Shown here piece by piece: positions 16,551 through 26,934 of a DNA stretch of 32,000 bases; within the stretch, counting starts at the first letter, position 1, and each line of letters opens with the position of its first letter. Below the pieces are notes generated by a model. That model had not been told where the DNA came from. It saw nothing but the letters and a program-made list of their open reading frames with translations, and ran no database searches. A program made the translations under genes and the position numbers. Source of the stretch: Thermodesulfobacteriota bacterium (GTDB lineage Bacteria > Desulfobacterota > WTBG01 > JAGOGO01); NCBI GenBank assembly GCA_026625185.1, contig CP113000.1, positions 1,365,622-1,397,621 on the forward strand. Reading direction: 5' to 3'.

Positions 16551-18621
16551 CCAATGCTTCTTTCCTGCTCAATCGGATCTTTCCAGTACGATCAATATCT
16601 AAAACCTTCACCAGGACTTCATCCCCTTCATTGAGGATATCACGAACGTTTTTTACGCGGGAATGATCAAGCTGAGAGATATGGACTAAGCCCTCCGTAC
16701 CGGGTAAAATTTCAACGAACGCTCCGAAGTCGGTAATTTTCTTCACTTTACCCATATAGATTTCGCCTGGCTCAGCGCTTCGCGTTAAATCCTGGATCAG
16801 TTTAATCGCTTTGTTAAGGGAATCAACATTTGCCGAAGCAACATGAATTTCACCTGAGTCCTCAATATCTATTTTTGCCCCGGTTTGTTCAACAATTCCC
16901 CGGATGACTTTTCCTCCCGGTCCAATGACATCTTTAATTTTTTCCTGAGGGACCCTGATTGTTTGAATTCGCGGGGCATAAGGCGAAATATCCGGTCGCG
17001 GTTGGCTAATGCCTGTTTCCATTTTATCCAGAATAAACAGTCTCCCCTCGCGAGCCTGATAAAGGGCCCTGCCCAAGATATCGGAAGTAATCCCTTTGAT
17101 CTTAACATCCATCTGAAAACCGGTTATCCCTTTGCGGGTTCCGGCGACCTTGAAGTCCATATCCCCAATATGGTCTTCATCTCCTAAAATATCCGAAAGA
17201 ATGGCGACCTCGTTACCCTCTTTGATTAAACCCAATGCTATCCCCGCCACCGGTGTGCTTATCGGAACCCCACCATCCATTAACGCGAGAGATGAGCCGC
17301 ACACGGTCGCCATGGAGGAAGAGCCGTTCGACTCTAATACTTCGGATACGATCCGAATGGTGTAGGGAAACTCACCATTTTGTGGGAGGACGGGGATGAT
17401 CGCCCGCTCCGCTAAATTCCCATGGCCGACATCCCTTCGGCTGGGTCCCCGGAGGAACTTTACTTCCCCTACCGAAAAGGGCGGAAAATTGTAGTGGAGC
17501 ATGAACTTTTTGAAGGTTTCTCCGATGAGAGAATCGAGGCGCTGTTCATCGTCAGAAGTCCCGAGAGTGGTGGTTACCAACACCTGGGTTTCGCCCCGCG
17601 TAAACAAGGCTGATCCATGCGTTCTCGGCAAAACACTGACTTCGCAACTTACGGGTCGAATTTCCGTGGTGCTCCTTCCGTCAATTCTTCGTTTTTCCTC
17701 GATCACCATCTTCCGGATGATCTCTTTTTTTAATTTCTCTACGCAGTCACCAATACTCTTTTCTTTCCCTTCAAACTCAGGAAGAAAAGCCGCTTTCACT
17801 TCCTCCTCAATCTCATCAAGCCTTTTATAGCGCTCCAGTTTTTGAGGAATTTGAACGGCCTCTCTTATTTTGGCAGAGGCTGTTTCTTTAATCTTTAAGG
17901 CAAGCGCTTCATTAACCTCAGGAACCTTAAATGCTCGTTTTGGCTTTCCCACCGCCGCTTTCAATGCATCCTGGATGTCGAGAATTTTTCGAACAGCTTG
18001 GTGAGCGAATTCAATTGCCTCAACAAAAGTCTCCTCAGGCAGCTCCTTGGCGCTTCCTTCGACCATAACCACCGCATCCCGGCTTCCTGCTACAATCAGT
18101 TCCAGGTCACTTTGTTTTATCTGCTGGAACGTGGGGTTACAGATAAAACTTCCCTCAATCCTTCCCACCCGTACGCCGGCAATTGGTCCTTGAAAAGGTA
18201 TATCGGAAATCTCGAGCGCTGCTGATGCTCCGGTAATGGCCAGAGTATCGGTCTCAATTTCCGGGTCAGCCGAGAGAAGGGTGGCAATGATTTGTACTTC
18301 ATCAAAAAACCCCTCCGGGAAGAGGGGCCGAACAGGGCGATCAATGCATCGGGAAGCGATTATCTCTTTCTCACTCGACTTACCCTCTCGCTTGAAAAAT
18401 CCACCCGGAATCTTTCCGGCGGAAAATGTCTTCTCCTGGTAATCAACGGTAAGGGGAAAATAATCCATTCCTTCCTTAGTATTTTCACGCGTCACTACGG
18501 TAACCAGTACCATGGAATCTCCGTAACGCACTATTGCCGCGCCGTTGGCTTGTTTAGCCATATGACCTGTCTCGATAGATAACAGCCGGCCTCCTATTTC
18601 AGTTTCTACTTTCTTGAACAT
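16522..18621 (-). CDS. pnp: Polyribonucleotide nucleotidyltransferase (PNPase)
   Basis: 699 aa with two RNase PH-like domains, a KH domain and a C-terminal S1 domain ([33 protein letters not shown]). Classic rpsO-pnp synteny. Confidence 0.97.
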   Translation of the reverse strand: MFKKVETEIGGRLLSIETGHMAKQANGAAIVRYGDSMVLVTVVTRENTKEGMDYFPLTVDYQEKTFSAGKIPGGFFKREGKSSEKEIIASRCIDRPVRPLFPEGFFDEVQIIATLLSADPEIETDTLAITGASAALEISDIPFQGPIAGVRVGRIEGSFICNPTFQQIKQSDLELIVAGSRDAVVMVEGSAKELPEETFVEAIEFAHQAVRKILDIQDALKAAVGKPKRAFKVPEVNEALALKIKETASAKIREAVQIPQKLERYKRLDEIEEEVKAAFLPEFEGKEKSIGDCVEKLKKEIIRKMVIEEKRRIDGRSTTEIRPVSCEVSVLPRTHGSALFTRGETQVLVTTTLGTSDDEQRLDSLIGETFKKFMLHYNFPPFSVGEVKFLRGPSRRDVGHGNLAERAIIPVLPQNGEFPYTIRIVSEVLESNGSSSMATVCGSSLALMDGGVPISTPVAGIALGLIKEGNEVAILSDILGDEDHIGDMDFKVAGTRKGITGFQMDVKIKGITSDILGRALYQAREGRLFILDKMETGISQPRPDISPYAPRIQTIRVPQEKIKDVIGPGGKVIRGIVEQTGAKIDIEDSGEIHVASANVDSLNKAIKLIQDLTRSAEPGEIYMGKVKKITDFGAFVEILPGTEGLVHISQLDHSRVKNVRDILNEGDEVLVKVLDIDRTGKIRLSRKEALGDVPKDRIK

Positions 18622-18666
18622 TTTCTTCTAATTCTCCTTGGTAGCGTTTAAATGAATCAATCAGGC

Positions 18667-18936
18667 TTATCGTCGCAAACCCAGCCGGGCAATCAACGCC
18701 CGGTATCGTTCCACATCTTTTTTCTTTAAATAGTCGAGAAGCCTTCGTCGTTGTCCCACGAGCTTTAACATTCCCTGACGAGAATGGTGGTCTTTTTTGT
18801 GAGTATTAAAGTGTGCGGTCAAGTATTGAATTCTTTCTGTCAGAAGCGCAACTTGCACTTCCGGAGAACCAGTATCTTTTTCCTTCACTTGGTACTCTTT
18901 TATCACATTTGTTTTCTGTTCCGCCGCGAGTGGCAT
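18667..18936 (-). CDS. rpsO: 30S ribosomal protein S15
   Basis: The track ORF extends to 18990, but the internal ATG 18936 with AAGGAGG upstream gives the canonical 89 aa: [68 protein letters not shown]. Confidence 0.95.
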   Translation of the reverse strand: MPLAAEQKTNVIKEYQVKEKDTGSPEVQVALLTERIQYLTAHFNTHKKDHHSRQGMLKLVGQRRRLLDYLKKKDVERYRALIARLGLRR

Positions 18937-19097
18937 TTCTTGAACCTCCTTACTATTAAAATATTTAAATTTTTTTCTTTTATCATACAAATCTATAGTT
19001 GTAAAGGAAAGGAAATTAAAAAGTTATTTTTTTTACCTAAAAATTTTTTTAAAAATTAATAACTCATTGAAATAATTAATTTTATCAATAAACTATA

Positions 19098-19303
19098 CCG
19101 CCGCAAGCAGCAGGGTATCAAAGAATTTAAATTCTGTCATTCCGCACTTGATGCGGAATCCAGAAACTAAGGTAAAGCGACTAAGCACTTTTTTTTATTA
19201 ATCGTCCCTGATACCCGCCCTCTGGATTCCCGTTTTCACGGGAATGACATCCACGGCTATTTAACACCGCGTCTCACCCCGTCGCAAGCGGACGGGATAT
19301 TAA
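19098..19303 (-). repeat. BIME-like composite of three REP-type hairpins, copy B (inverted relative to copy A)
   Basis: The reverse complement aligns with 14583-14784. Hairpin modules are near-identical (GTCATTCCCGTGAAAACGGGAATCCAGAGGG.GGGTATCAGG is shared) and the linkers have diverged. It lies between the truB stop and the rpsO promoter region. Confidence 0.8.
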
Positions 19304-19327
19304 AAAAAATAAACCCATCCATACCTT

Positions 19328-20284
19328 TCAACCCGTTTTCCCATCAGGTCCTTCTTGGCGTTCCCGGTTAAACACCCGGAGAAGCTTCCAGACGGGTTGT
19401 CCTAAATCAAGAATCCTATGATCTTTAGCTTCCGCTATGGCAATAAGGTCTCCCTGGGGGTTTAAAATTTTTATTTTTCCATTAAGATTAAGAAATATTT
19501 GATTTTTTCCCTTAAGTTCTGAACTGCTGATCTTTTTCCCCTGATATAGTTTCCGAGAAATTTCTTCATCGACGGTAATTTCCTGCAAGGATGATAAGGC
19601 TCGGGAAGGAGAAAAAATCCATTTATTCTCTACCTCATTTAAAGAAGTTTTTTCTAAATTTTCCAATGTGACCGAATCTTCGAGTTGAAAACTCCCTGAG
19701 CGGGTGCGGTTCAGCTTTTCCAGAAAGGCCCCACACCCCAAATATTTGCCCAAGTCATTGGCGAGGGTCCTGATATAGGTCCCTTTAGAACAGACCACCC
19801 GGAAAAATACCCGGGGCGAGTCAATTTTCACGATAGAAAGCTCTTTAATTTCAACCTCTCTTGGCGCTCTTTCGATTTCCTTACCTTTCCGCGCCAATTG
19901 GTAAAGCGGCACCCCGTTATATTTTAACGCTGAATACATTGGGGGTACCTGCATTATTTTCCCTTGAAACCTCTCGAAAGCCTGTCCGATTTGAGTGTTT
20001 GCAATGCGAACCGGCCTGTTGTCTTTAATGATTCGGCCCGTAATATCCTGAGTATCGGTTTCAATCCCTAAGTGGAGTATCGCCTGGTACTCCTTATCCT
20101 CTTCCACCAAAAAGGGGACAAGTTTTGTACCTGCATTCAGACATACCACCAGGATTCCTTGGGCAAAAGGATCCAGGGTACCCGTATGCCCGGCCTTACG
20201 GACTTTCAGGATTTTCATTACTCGTTTGACGACTGTATAGGATGTTATTCCTTGAGGTTTATTGATAATAATCAGGCCATTCAA
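19328..20284 (-). CDS. truB: tRNA pseudouridine-55 synthase
   Basis: 318 aa: GLIIINKPQGITS, catalytic HTGTLDP, and a C-terminal PUA-like extension. TTG start. Confidence 0.93.
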   Translation of the reverse strand: MNGLIIINKPQGITSYTVVKRVMKILKVRKAGHTGTLDPFAQGILVVCLNAGTKLVPFLVEEDKEYQAILHLGIETDTQDITGRIIKDNRPVRIANTQIGQAFERFQGKIMQVPPMYSALKYNGVPLYQLARKGKEIERAPREVEIKELSIVKIDSPRVFFRVVCSKGTYIRTLANDLGKYLGCGAFLEKLNRTRSGSFQLEDSVTLENLEKTSLNEVENKWIFSPSRALSSLQEITVDEEISRKLYQGKKISSSELKGKNQIFLNLNGKIKILNPQGDLIAIAEAKDHRILDLGQPVWKLLRVFNRERQEGPDGKTG

Positions 20285-20301
20285 ATTATTATCTCCCTAC
20301 C

Positions 20302-21582
20302 CTATCGTGCCCGGGAAGTGGAGGAATAAGAAAGGAAGTCGGGGATTGTTTCGCCACGAATAAGGTCTTCAAAACTTTCTCTTTGCCGGATAAGAAAGGA
20401 ATCGTTTCCGGAAACAAGAACCTCTGCGGGCCGCGGTCGGGAATTATAATTCGAGGACATAGCGAATCCATAGGCTCCTGCACTCATAATTGCTAAAAAA
20501 TCTCCTTTTTGAACCTTTGTCAACAACCGGTCACGGGCTAAAAAATCTCCGCTTTCACAGATAGGCCCCACAATATCCGCAGTATAACGCTCTTCAGTTT
20601 TTTTGGCAATCGGGACAATTTCTTGATAAGCATTATAAAGACTCGGCCGGATAAGGTCATTCATTCCCGCATCCACAATGACGAAATTCTTTTCTTGAGT
20701 ACTCTTGGTATAAAGGACCTTTGTTACCAGTACACCGGCATTTCCAACAATTACCCGGCCTGGTTCTAAGATAAGGGTAAGGGCTTGGCCTTGAATTTCA
20801 CTTAAAATTGCCCGGGCATATTCATTGGGATGCGGAGGAACTTCTTCAGCATAGGTTATTCCCAACCCACCGCCAAGATCTAAGTATTGGATAGCTATCC
20901 CTTCCTGTCTCAGTTCGGAGATCAATGTTATTACTTTACGAAGCGCCTCAACAAAAGGTCCGGTTTCCGTAATCTGAGAGCCAATATGACAATCAACACC
21001 AATTATCTCAATATGTTTCAGGCTTCGGGCAAACCGGTACTCTTCCAGAGAGCGGGGAAGATCAATCCCAAACTTATTTTTTTTTAAACCGGTGGAAATA
21101 TAAGGATGAGTTTTAGGGTCAATATCCGGATTAACGCGGATAGAAATCGGGGCCTTGGTATCGAGCTCTTTTGCTTGCTGGTTAATTACCTTGAGTTCCT
21201 CAGAAGATTCGATATTGAACATGAGGATTCCTGCTTCTAAAGCAAAACCAATCTCCTCCTCGGTCTTTCCCACCCCGGAATAAACAACCTTTTTCGGATC
21301 AATCCCCGCTTTCAAGACCCGAAAAAGCTCACCCCCGGAAACCACGTCAGCCCCTCCTCCTTGAGTGATAAAAATTTTTAACAACGCTAAGTTACTGTTC
21401 GCTTTGACTGAAAAACAAACCAAATGAGAGTAGCTTTCAAAGGCTGAATCAAACACCTCAAAGTGACGACATAGCGTGCGATGACTGTAAAGATAAAGTG
21501 GGGTACCCCATTTTTCTACCAGGCTTCTTAGGGGGGTATCCTCACAATAAAGATCGTTGCCTTTAAAGTTAAAGTAGTGCAT
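20302..21582 (-). CDS. lysA: Diaminopimelate decarboxylase
   Basis: 426 aa with a PLP-lysine region (FSVKAN), HIGSQ, a GGGLG loop and CESGD. Confidence 0.93.
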   Translation of the reverse strand: MHYFNFKGNDLYCEDTPLRSLVEKWGTPLYLYSHRTLCRHFEVFDSAFESYSHLVCFSVKANSNLALLKIFITQGGGADVVSGGELFRVLKAGIDPKKVVYSGVGKTEEEIGFALEAGILMFNIESSEELKVINQQAKELDTKAPISIRVNPDIDPKTHPYISTGLKKNKFGIDLPRSLEEYRFARSLKHIEIIGVDCHIGSQITETGPFVEALRKVITLISELRQEGIAIQYLDLGGGLGITYAEEVPPHPNEYARAILSEIQGQALTLILEPGRVIVGNAGVLVTKVLYTKSTQEKNFVIVDAGMNDLIRPSLYNAYQEIVPIAKKTEERYTADIVGPICESGDFLARDRLLTKVQKGDFLAIMSAGAYGFAMSSNYNSRPRPAEVLVSGNDSFLIRQRESFEDLIRGETIPDFLSYSSTSRAR

Positions 21583-21596
21583 CCGTATATTTTTGT

Positions 21597-22667
21597 TTAA
21601 GGTTTCTTTGCTGCCACTTTAAGCTCCTGGGAAAAATCACTTTCATTGTGATGAGGCGATCGGTCAATTGCCGTCACCGAATAATAATACGTGAGTCCCG
21701 GAGTAAAAGTTTTGTCCAAATACATGGTTTCTTGTTTGATAAGAGGAGAAATCCTGATTGATTGAGCCTCATTCTCGCCGCGTCGATAAACATAATATCC
21801 TTCGAGATCAGGGTCAATGTTTGGCTCCCAAATAACCACGATCCCTTCCGCAGATTGAAAAGCCATTGTTGCCAAAGGCGTTGCTGGTGGAGTAAGATCT
21901 TCTGGGATAGTGCTTACCTCCACGGAATCTTTCCCTTCGAGAGTGCTTCCTCCTATAGTTTTAAGGGAGCGGGTGACATAAAAATATTTTTCTCCATTTG
22001 TAACCGAAATATCCTGAAAATGGTTTTGAAGAATAGGACTCGAATTAAGAGGAATAACATCATAGTCTTCATCGGCACTACGCCGGTAAATATTGATCCC
22101 CCCAAAACTCTTTTCCCCTGCAAGCGAAGAGGGGAGTTCCCAGTTTAAGTCCACCACTCGGTCGCTAGGGGTCACATTTACCGAAACCGGGGGAGGAAGG
22201 GGAGGGGACCAGCTGAGATCAACTACGTTAGAACCTGTGCTTTCGATCCACCTGGTAGTGTATGAACTTATGTAATAGGAGTAATCGCCTTCTTTTTCTA
22301 CCTGGTTATCCCAGTAGACCATTTTTTCTTCGGACTCTCCCCCGAGAGGCACTTCATGTTCAAGCTCCTTGAGCAACTCAAAATCAGGTTTACACGTGGG
22401 ACAACCCTTTTTTTCGGTCGGGATAAACCTTCGCCAGATATGAAATCCAGCCAGATTAATAAGTTTTTTACCATCAGAATCTTTTTTGGGGATTGACCAT
22501 TGAAGAACAATTGTCCCTCCGCGCGAAAAAATCTCAAGGTCTTTGATAGGCCGGGCAACAGCGGAATGCGGCACTATTGGTGGAGCTTTTACCCCACAGC
22601 CGATTGATAATACCAACACAAAGAAAAACAAACAAAGTTTCTGCCGACAAAAATGAAAGTGGTTCAT
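21597..22667 (-). CDS. Putative lipoprotein with Fn3-like domains; the N-terminus resembles the LptM/YifL-type lipoprotein attachment motif
   Basis: Signal peptide plus Cys (FFFVLVLSIGC|GVKAPPIVP). At least two Fn3-like units (..PPVSVNVTPSDRVVDLNWE.., ..GIVVIWEPNIDPDLEGYYVYRRG..YYYSVTAID). It sits immediately upstream of lysA. Confidence 0.75.
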   Translation of the reverse strand: MNHFHFCRQKLCLFFFVLVLSIGCGVKAPPIVPHSAVARPIKDLEIFSRGGTIVLQWSIPKKDSDGKKLINLAGFHIWRRFIPTEKKGCPTCKPDFELLKELEHEVPLGGESEEKMVYWDNQVEKEGDYSYYISSYTTRWIESTGSNVVDLSWSPPLPPPVSVNVTPSDRVVDLNWELPSSLAGEKSFGGINIYRRSADEDYDVIPLNSSPILQNHFQDISVTNGEKYFYVTRSLKTIGGSTLEGKDSVEVSTIPEDLTPPATPLATMAFQSAEGIVVIWEPNIDPDLEGYYVYRRGENEAQSIRISPLIKQETMYLDKTFTPGLTYYYSVTAIDRSPHHNESDFSQELKVAAKKP

Positions 22668-22674
22668 AATTTCC

Positions 22675-23877
22675 TTAAGAAGAATGTTTAGCGGTAAGTT
22701 CCCTTAGCCTTAGCCTTAAAGCATTAAGGCGAATGAACCCTTCCGCATCTTTTTGTTTATACACCTGATCGGTTTCAAAAGAAGCATAGTCTGCGTGATA
22801 GAGAGAATACGGTGATTTGCGCCCCACCACCATACAATTTCCTTTATAAAGCTTCACCCTTACGGTACCAGTGACTCCTTTCTGAGTCTCATCGATCATT
22901 GTCTGTAAAACCTTCATTTCCGGGGAAAACCAATAGCCGTAATAAATAAGCTCAGAATAGCGGGGGATCAAGGAGTCTCTTAAATGCATAACCTCTCGAT
23001 CCATAGTGAGCGATTCCATGGCCCGATGCGCGCTGAGCAAGATCGTTCCCCCGGGCGTTTCATAGACGCCACGGGATTTCATTCCTACATAACGATTCTC
23101 TACCATATCTACTCTACCGATACCGTGAATACCGCCAAGTCGGTTGAGATATGACAAGAGATGATACGGAGACATCCGTTCACCGTTCACCGCAATTGGG
23201 TTTCCATCGCTAAACTCTAACTCGATATGCACCGGGTCATCAGGAGCCTTTTCCGGAGAAACCGTTAAACAAAACATGTCTTCCGGAGGTTCCATCCAGG
23301 GATTCTCCAAAATTCCTCCCTCAAAACTAATGTGAAAAAGGTTGCGGTCAGATGAATACGGTTTTTCTTTGGTAACGGTTACCGGAATATGCTTTTCCCG
23401 TGCATAAGCAATCAAGTCGTTCCGGCCTTTAAAATCCCATTCCCGCCACGGAGCGATAATTTTAATATTCGGATCCGTACTATAATAGGTCAGCTCAAAG
23501 CGCACCTGATCATTACCTTTACCGGTAGCGCCATGAGCGACAGCATCCGCGCCTTCTTTCTTAACAATTTCCATTTGCGCTTTAGCAATGAGCGGCCGCG
23601 CAAGAGAGGTGCCCATCAAATAGCCCCCTTCATAGACGGCGTTTGCACTTAACGCGGGAAAGACAAAGTCACGGGCAAATTCCTCTTTAAGATCTTCAAT
23701 ATATATCTTACTTGCACCCGTGGCTAATGCTTTTTCCTTTAAGCCCGAAAGTTCTTCTCCCTGTCCCAAGTCAGCAGCAAAAGCGATAACTTCACACTTA
23801 TAGGTGTCAACCAACCAGCGGAGGATTACGGAGGTATCCAACCCCCCCGAATAAGCCAGCACAATTTTTTTAACCAT
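22675..23877 (-). CDS. argG: Argininosuccinate synthase
   Basis: 400 aa: [27 protein letters not shown], and typical C-terminal blocks. Confidence 0.95.
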   Translation of the reverse strand: MVKKIVLAYSGGLDTSVILRWLVDTYKCEVIAFAADLGQGEELSGLKEKALATGASKIYIEDLKEEFARDFVFPALSANAVYEGGYLMGTSLARPLIAKAQMEIVKKEGADAVAHGATGKGNDQVRFELTYYSTDPNIKIIAPWREWDFKGRNDLIAYAREKHIPVTVTKEKPYSSDRNLFHISFEGGILENPWMEPPEDMFCLTVSPEKAPDDPVHIELEFSDGNPIAVNGERMSPYHLLSYLNRLGGIHGIGRVDMVENRYVGMKSRGVYETPGGTILLSAHRAMESLTMDREVMHLRDSLIPRYSELIYYGYWFSPEMKVLQTMIDETQKGVTGTVRVKLYKGNCMVVGRKSPYSLYHADYASFETDQVYKQKDAEGFIRLNALRLRLRELTAKHSS

Positions 23878-24023
23878 AGTTCAACTCCTCAACAACATGG
23901 TTTAAAAAAAGTCATTGGTAAACCCCAGTTAGAAAGCTTTCACACGGGGATTTACCCCGTATTTTTTCACCCTGTTAACTATTTGATATCTAACAAGTAT
24001 CTAACAAGGCAATTGCGGCCTTT

Positions 24024-25199
24024 CTAACTGGTTAAAACCTCGTCCAACAGTGCGACCACATGATCCACTTCCTCTTTGGTTACTATCAAAGGAGGAAGAA
24101 ACCGGAGCACATTGTTCTGCACACAATTTATAAGTACACCCTTCTGCAGGCATTTATTAACAATCTCAGCTCCAGGCATAGTAAGTTCCATGGCAATAAT
24201 GAGGCCTTTTCCCCGGACCTCACGAATTACCGGATGTTTCTTTTTTAACTGATTAAGCTCATCCATAAAGTAAGCTCCCATGGAGGAGCAGTTTCCCAGC
24301 AGTGCCGGATCTTTCAGGGCGGTAAACGCAGCTATTCCCGCGGCAGTGACCAAGGGATTGCCCCCAAAGGTTGAAGCATGGGTCCCGGGAATAAAGCTCT
24401 TGGCTATTTCATCCCGCGCAAGCAGCGCGCCGATCGGCAATCCCCCTGCTAAAGCCTTAGCTAAGGTCATTATATCCGGGGTAATTCCATAGTGCTCATA
24501 CGCAAAAAGCTTTCCGGTTCGTCCTAAACCCACCTGAATCTCGTCAAAGATAAGAAGGAGTTTCTTTTCGTCACAAAAGGCCCTCAGTTCCTTAAGGTAA
24601 CTATCCGAGGGGCAGTTGACTCCACCTTCACCCTGAATTGGCTCAACCATAATTGCCGTGGTTTTTTCAGTAACTGCTCTCTGAACAGCATCCATATTAT
24701 CAAAAGGGACATGCGTAAATCCGGGCATAAGGGGATCAAAACCTTCTTTAAATTTTTCCTGGCCGGTGGCGGTAATGGTTGCTAAGGTTCGGCCGTGGAA
24801 TGAGTTGCGCATGGCAATGATTTCAAAACGGTCTTCCTTTTTATCCCGCATATATTTTCGGCTAAGCTTTATTGCCCCCTCATTTGCCTCCGCCCCGCTG
24901 TTGCAGAAAAAGACCTTGTCCGCGAAAGAATTCTCGACCAGTAAACGGGCTAACTCAATTTGTGGTTTTGTATGGAAGAGATTCGAGACATGAAGGAGGT
25001 TTTTCGCCTGAACTTCAATGGCCTCCACAACCTTGGGATGACAATGGCCCAAACTACAGACTGCCAGTCCGGAAACAAAGTCCAGATATTCCTTTCCATC
25101 TTGGTCCCAAACCCGGGACCCTTTTCCTTTGACTAAAACGATCGGAAATCGCTTATAGGTAGAAAATATATATTTTTCCGTTTCATTTACTAAATTCAT
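24024..25199 (-). CDS. argD: Acetylornithine aminotransferase (class III PLP aminotransferase)
   Basis: 391 aa: NSGAEANEGAIKL, FHGRT, DEIQVGLGRTGK and the TLAKALAGG PLP-lysine block. It lies between argB and argG. Confidence 0.9.
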   Translation of the reverse strand: MNLVNETEKYIFSTYKRFPIVLVKGKGSRVWDQDGKEYLDFVSGLAVCSLGHCHPKVVEAIEVQAKNLLHVSNLFHTKPQIELARLLVENSFADKVFFCNSGAEANEGAIKLSRKYMRDKKEDRFEIIAMRNSFHGRTLATITATGQEKFKEGFDPLMPGFTHVPFDNMDAVQRAVTEKTTAIMVEPIQGEGGVNCPSDSYLKELRAFCDEKKLLLIFDEIQVGLGRTGKLFAYEHYGITPDIMTLAKALAGGLPIGALLARDEIAKSFIPGTHASTFGGNPLVTAAGIAAFTALKDPALLGNCSSMGAYFMDELNQLKKKHPVIREVRGKGLIIAMELTMPGAEIVNKCLQKGVLINCVQNNVLRFLPPLIVTKEEVDHVVALLDEVLTS

Positions 25200-25317
25200 A
25201 ATTCACTTCTCGCTTCTTTCATTCTGCACGTTAAAGCCTGGGGAGATGACGAAAGAAGAACCCCGCAAAATTCTTTTCGTTTATGCTTTAAGATTCACTC
25301 CTTACGCCTTACCGCTT

Positions 25318-26202
25318 TTAACTAAGGACAATCTCAGTCCCAACCCCAGCAGACGTAAAAACTTCAAGAAGCAGCGCATGTTCCACCCGGCCATCAATAA
25401 TGTGGGCTTTTTCCACACCATCTTTGAGGGCATTAAGACAACAGTTTACCTTGGGCAACATCCCCCCCTTGATAATCTTGGATGAGGATAACCGCTTTAC
25501 TTCCTTAGCATTCAACGTAGAGATAAGCCTATCGTGTTTGTCTTTTACTCCCTCAACATCAGTCATCAGGATCAACTTTTCTGCCTGAAGAGCCGCAGCC
25601 ATTGCGCCGGCTACGGTATCAGCGTTAATATTATACGTTTCTCCCTCTTTGCCGACACCAACCGGCGCAATGACCGGAATAAACCGTTCTGCTTCCAAAG
25701 ATTTTACTAACTGAGTATCAATCGCTTCCACATCTCCCACCATCCCAATATCAACAATTTCCGGCGGGTGATGAGGAATAGTCTGGCGAGTAAGCTTTAA
25801 TTTCTTTGCGTTAATGAGCGAGCCATCCTTCCCACTCACCCCAACTGCGTTTCCGCCATAATGATTAATGAGGGAAACAATCTCCTTGTTGACCTTCCCC
25901 ACCAACACCATCTCCACCACATCCATAGTTTTTCCATCAGTCACTCGTAACCCATCAACAAAAGAAGATTTTATCCCCATCTGGTCTAAAACTTTTCCGA
26001 TCTGCGGGCCTCCTCCGTGGACAATAACCGGTCTTATCCCGATATAATTGAGAAGCACCACGTCCTTGGCAAAACATTCTTTGAGCTTGGCATCTTTCAT
26101 GGCATTACCGCCATACTTAATCACAAAGGTCTTTTGGTAAAACCGGCGAATGTACGGCAGCGCCTCCATGAGCACATTTGCTTTCTCAATCAATTTTTTC
26201 AT
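25318..26202 (-). CDS. argB: Acetylglutamate kinase
   Basis: 294 aa: [30 protein letters not shown]. Confidence 0.95.
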   Translation of the reverse strand: MKKLIEKANVLMEALPYIRRFYQKTFVIKYGGNAMKDAKLKECFAKDVVLLNYIGIRPVIVHGGGPQIGKVLDQMGIKSSFVDGLRVTDGKTMDVVEMVLVGKVNKEIVSLINHYGGNAVGVSGKDGSLINAKKLKLTRQTIPHHPPEIVDIGMVGDVEAIDTQLVKSLEAERFIPVIAPVGVGKEGETYNINADTVAGAMAAALQAEKLILMTDVEGVKDKHDRLISTLNAKEVKRLSSSKIIKGGMLPKVNCCLNALKDGVEKAHIIDGRVEHALLLEVFTSAGVGTEIVLS

Positions 26203-26250
26203 AACCAGCTAAAATTAATTTATTAATAGTTAAAAACTGTTTACCCCAAA

Positions 26251-26273
26251 GTCTTTGCATCAAATTGCAAGAC
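26251..26273. promoter_or_regulatory. Imperfect palindrome GTCTTTGCAT-CAA-ATTGCAAGAC in the argB 5' region; possible repressor operator (ARG-box-like?)
   Basis: The arms TTGCA / TGCAA are separated by 6 bp and lie between the putative argB promoter and the start codon. By eye 11 of 18 positions match the Bacillus-type ARG box as I remember it, which is weak. Confidence 0.3.
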
Positions 26274-26292
26274 TAATTTATCAAACCTATCA

Positions 26293-26322
26293 TTTATACT
26301 ATAATTTTAATAAATTTGACAA
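26293..26322 (-). promoter_or_regulatory. Sigma-70-like promoter candidate for the argB operon
   Basis: The minus strand reads TTGTCA-N18-TATAAA (-35 at 26322-26317, -10 at 26298-26293). The AT-rich context makes chance matches likely. Confidence 0.35.
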
Positions 26323-26770
26323 TTTTTTTCCCTAACCAAACTTCTCCTCTTTCTTCTAAAGAAACCAATCTGTTAACAAAGAAAAATTTTCCGCTCCTTG
26401 AATTTTCTTCCAATCGTTCTAAAATTTTCTTAAATTACCTAACGAATATATTGTGGTTTCAACATATTGATAGTAAACAATAAAAATAATCAAATCAAGA
26501 GCCACTATATTCCTTACATTGAAAAACTACAATGCTTGCAGAAAAATACTAACTTTACCCCATAGGTTGGGCCAATCTCAAACCAACCCGGTAACTTAAT
26601 TATTATAGCAATTTTGCAAATAAATTTCATTTTTGAGACGAAATTTAGTATTAATTTTAGAATAGTTGTAAAATTGTTGCTTTTTGGAAACATAGGATTT
26701 TTTTAGACCTTCCTTGTATCTGATTATGAATCAAAAAGTGAGACTTTTGCAAAAATATTTTTTGGTCACC

Positions 26771-26830
26771 CTGAACTTGTTTCATGGTCTCGGAACATGT
26801 TGATTTAATTAGATGCTTAAACAAGTTCAG
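26771..26830. promoter_or_regulatory. Perfect 12-bp inverted repeat (CTGAACTTGTTT ... AAACAAGTTCAG, 36-bp spacer), a candidate enhancer site for the sigma-54 promoter at 26908
   Basis: The arms at 26771-26782 and 26819-26830 are exact reverse complements. They lie about 80-140 bp upstream of the -24 box. Confidence 0.3.
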
Positions 26831-26907
26831 CATGAAATGACACATTATTTTATGACTTTTGCAGGTCATAAAGTATAATTTTTTTAATAATGATTTTTAG
26901 TTTTTAC

Positions 26908-26924
26908 TTGGCACGAATATTGAT
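26908..26924 (+). promoter_or_regulatory. Sigma-54 (-24/-12) promoter candidate
   Basis: TTGGCACGAATATTGAT has TGGCAC exact and correct N5 spacing, with TTGA for TTGC. Confidence 0.45.
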
Positions 26925-26934
26925 ACTTCATTTG

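Noticed and set aside
14583-19303. The ~22-nt similar motif at both ends of each BIME-like element, considered as a degenerate CRISPR repeat.
   Set aside because: There are only two motif copies per element, separated by about 165 nt of conserved hairpins, which are not unique spacers. No cas genes are present.
26657-26869. A 70-aa minus-strand ORF, the only track ORF in the 1.27-kb gap.
   Set aside because: It is low-complexity, has no SD or homolog motif, and spans the 12-bp inverted repeat. It is more likely non-coding. Proteomics or conservation could overturn this.
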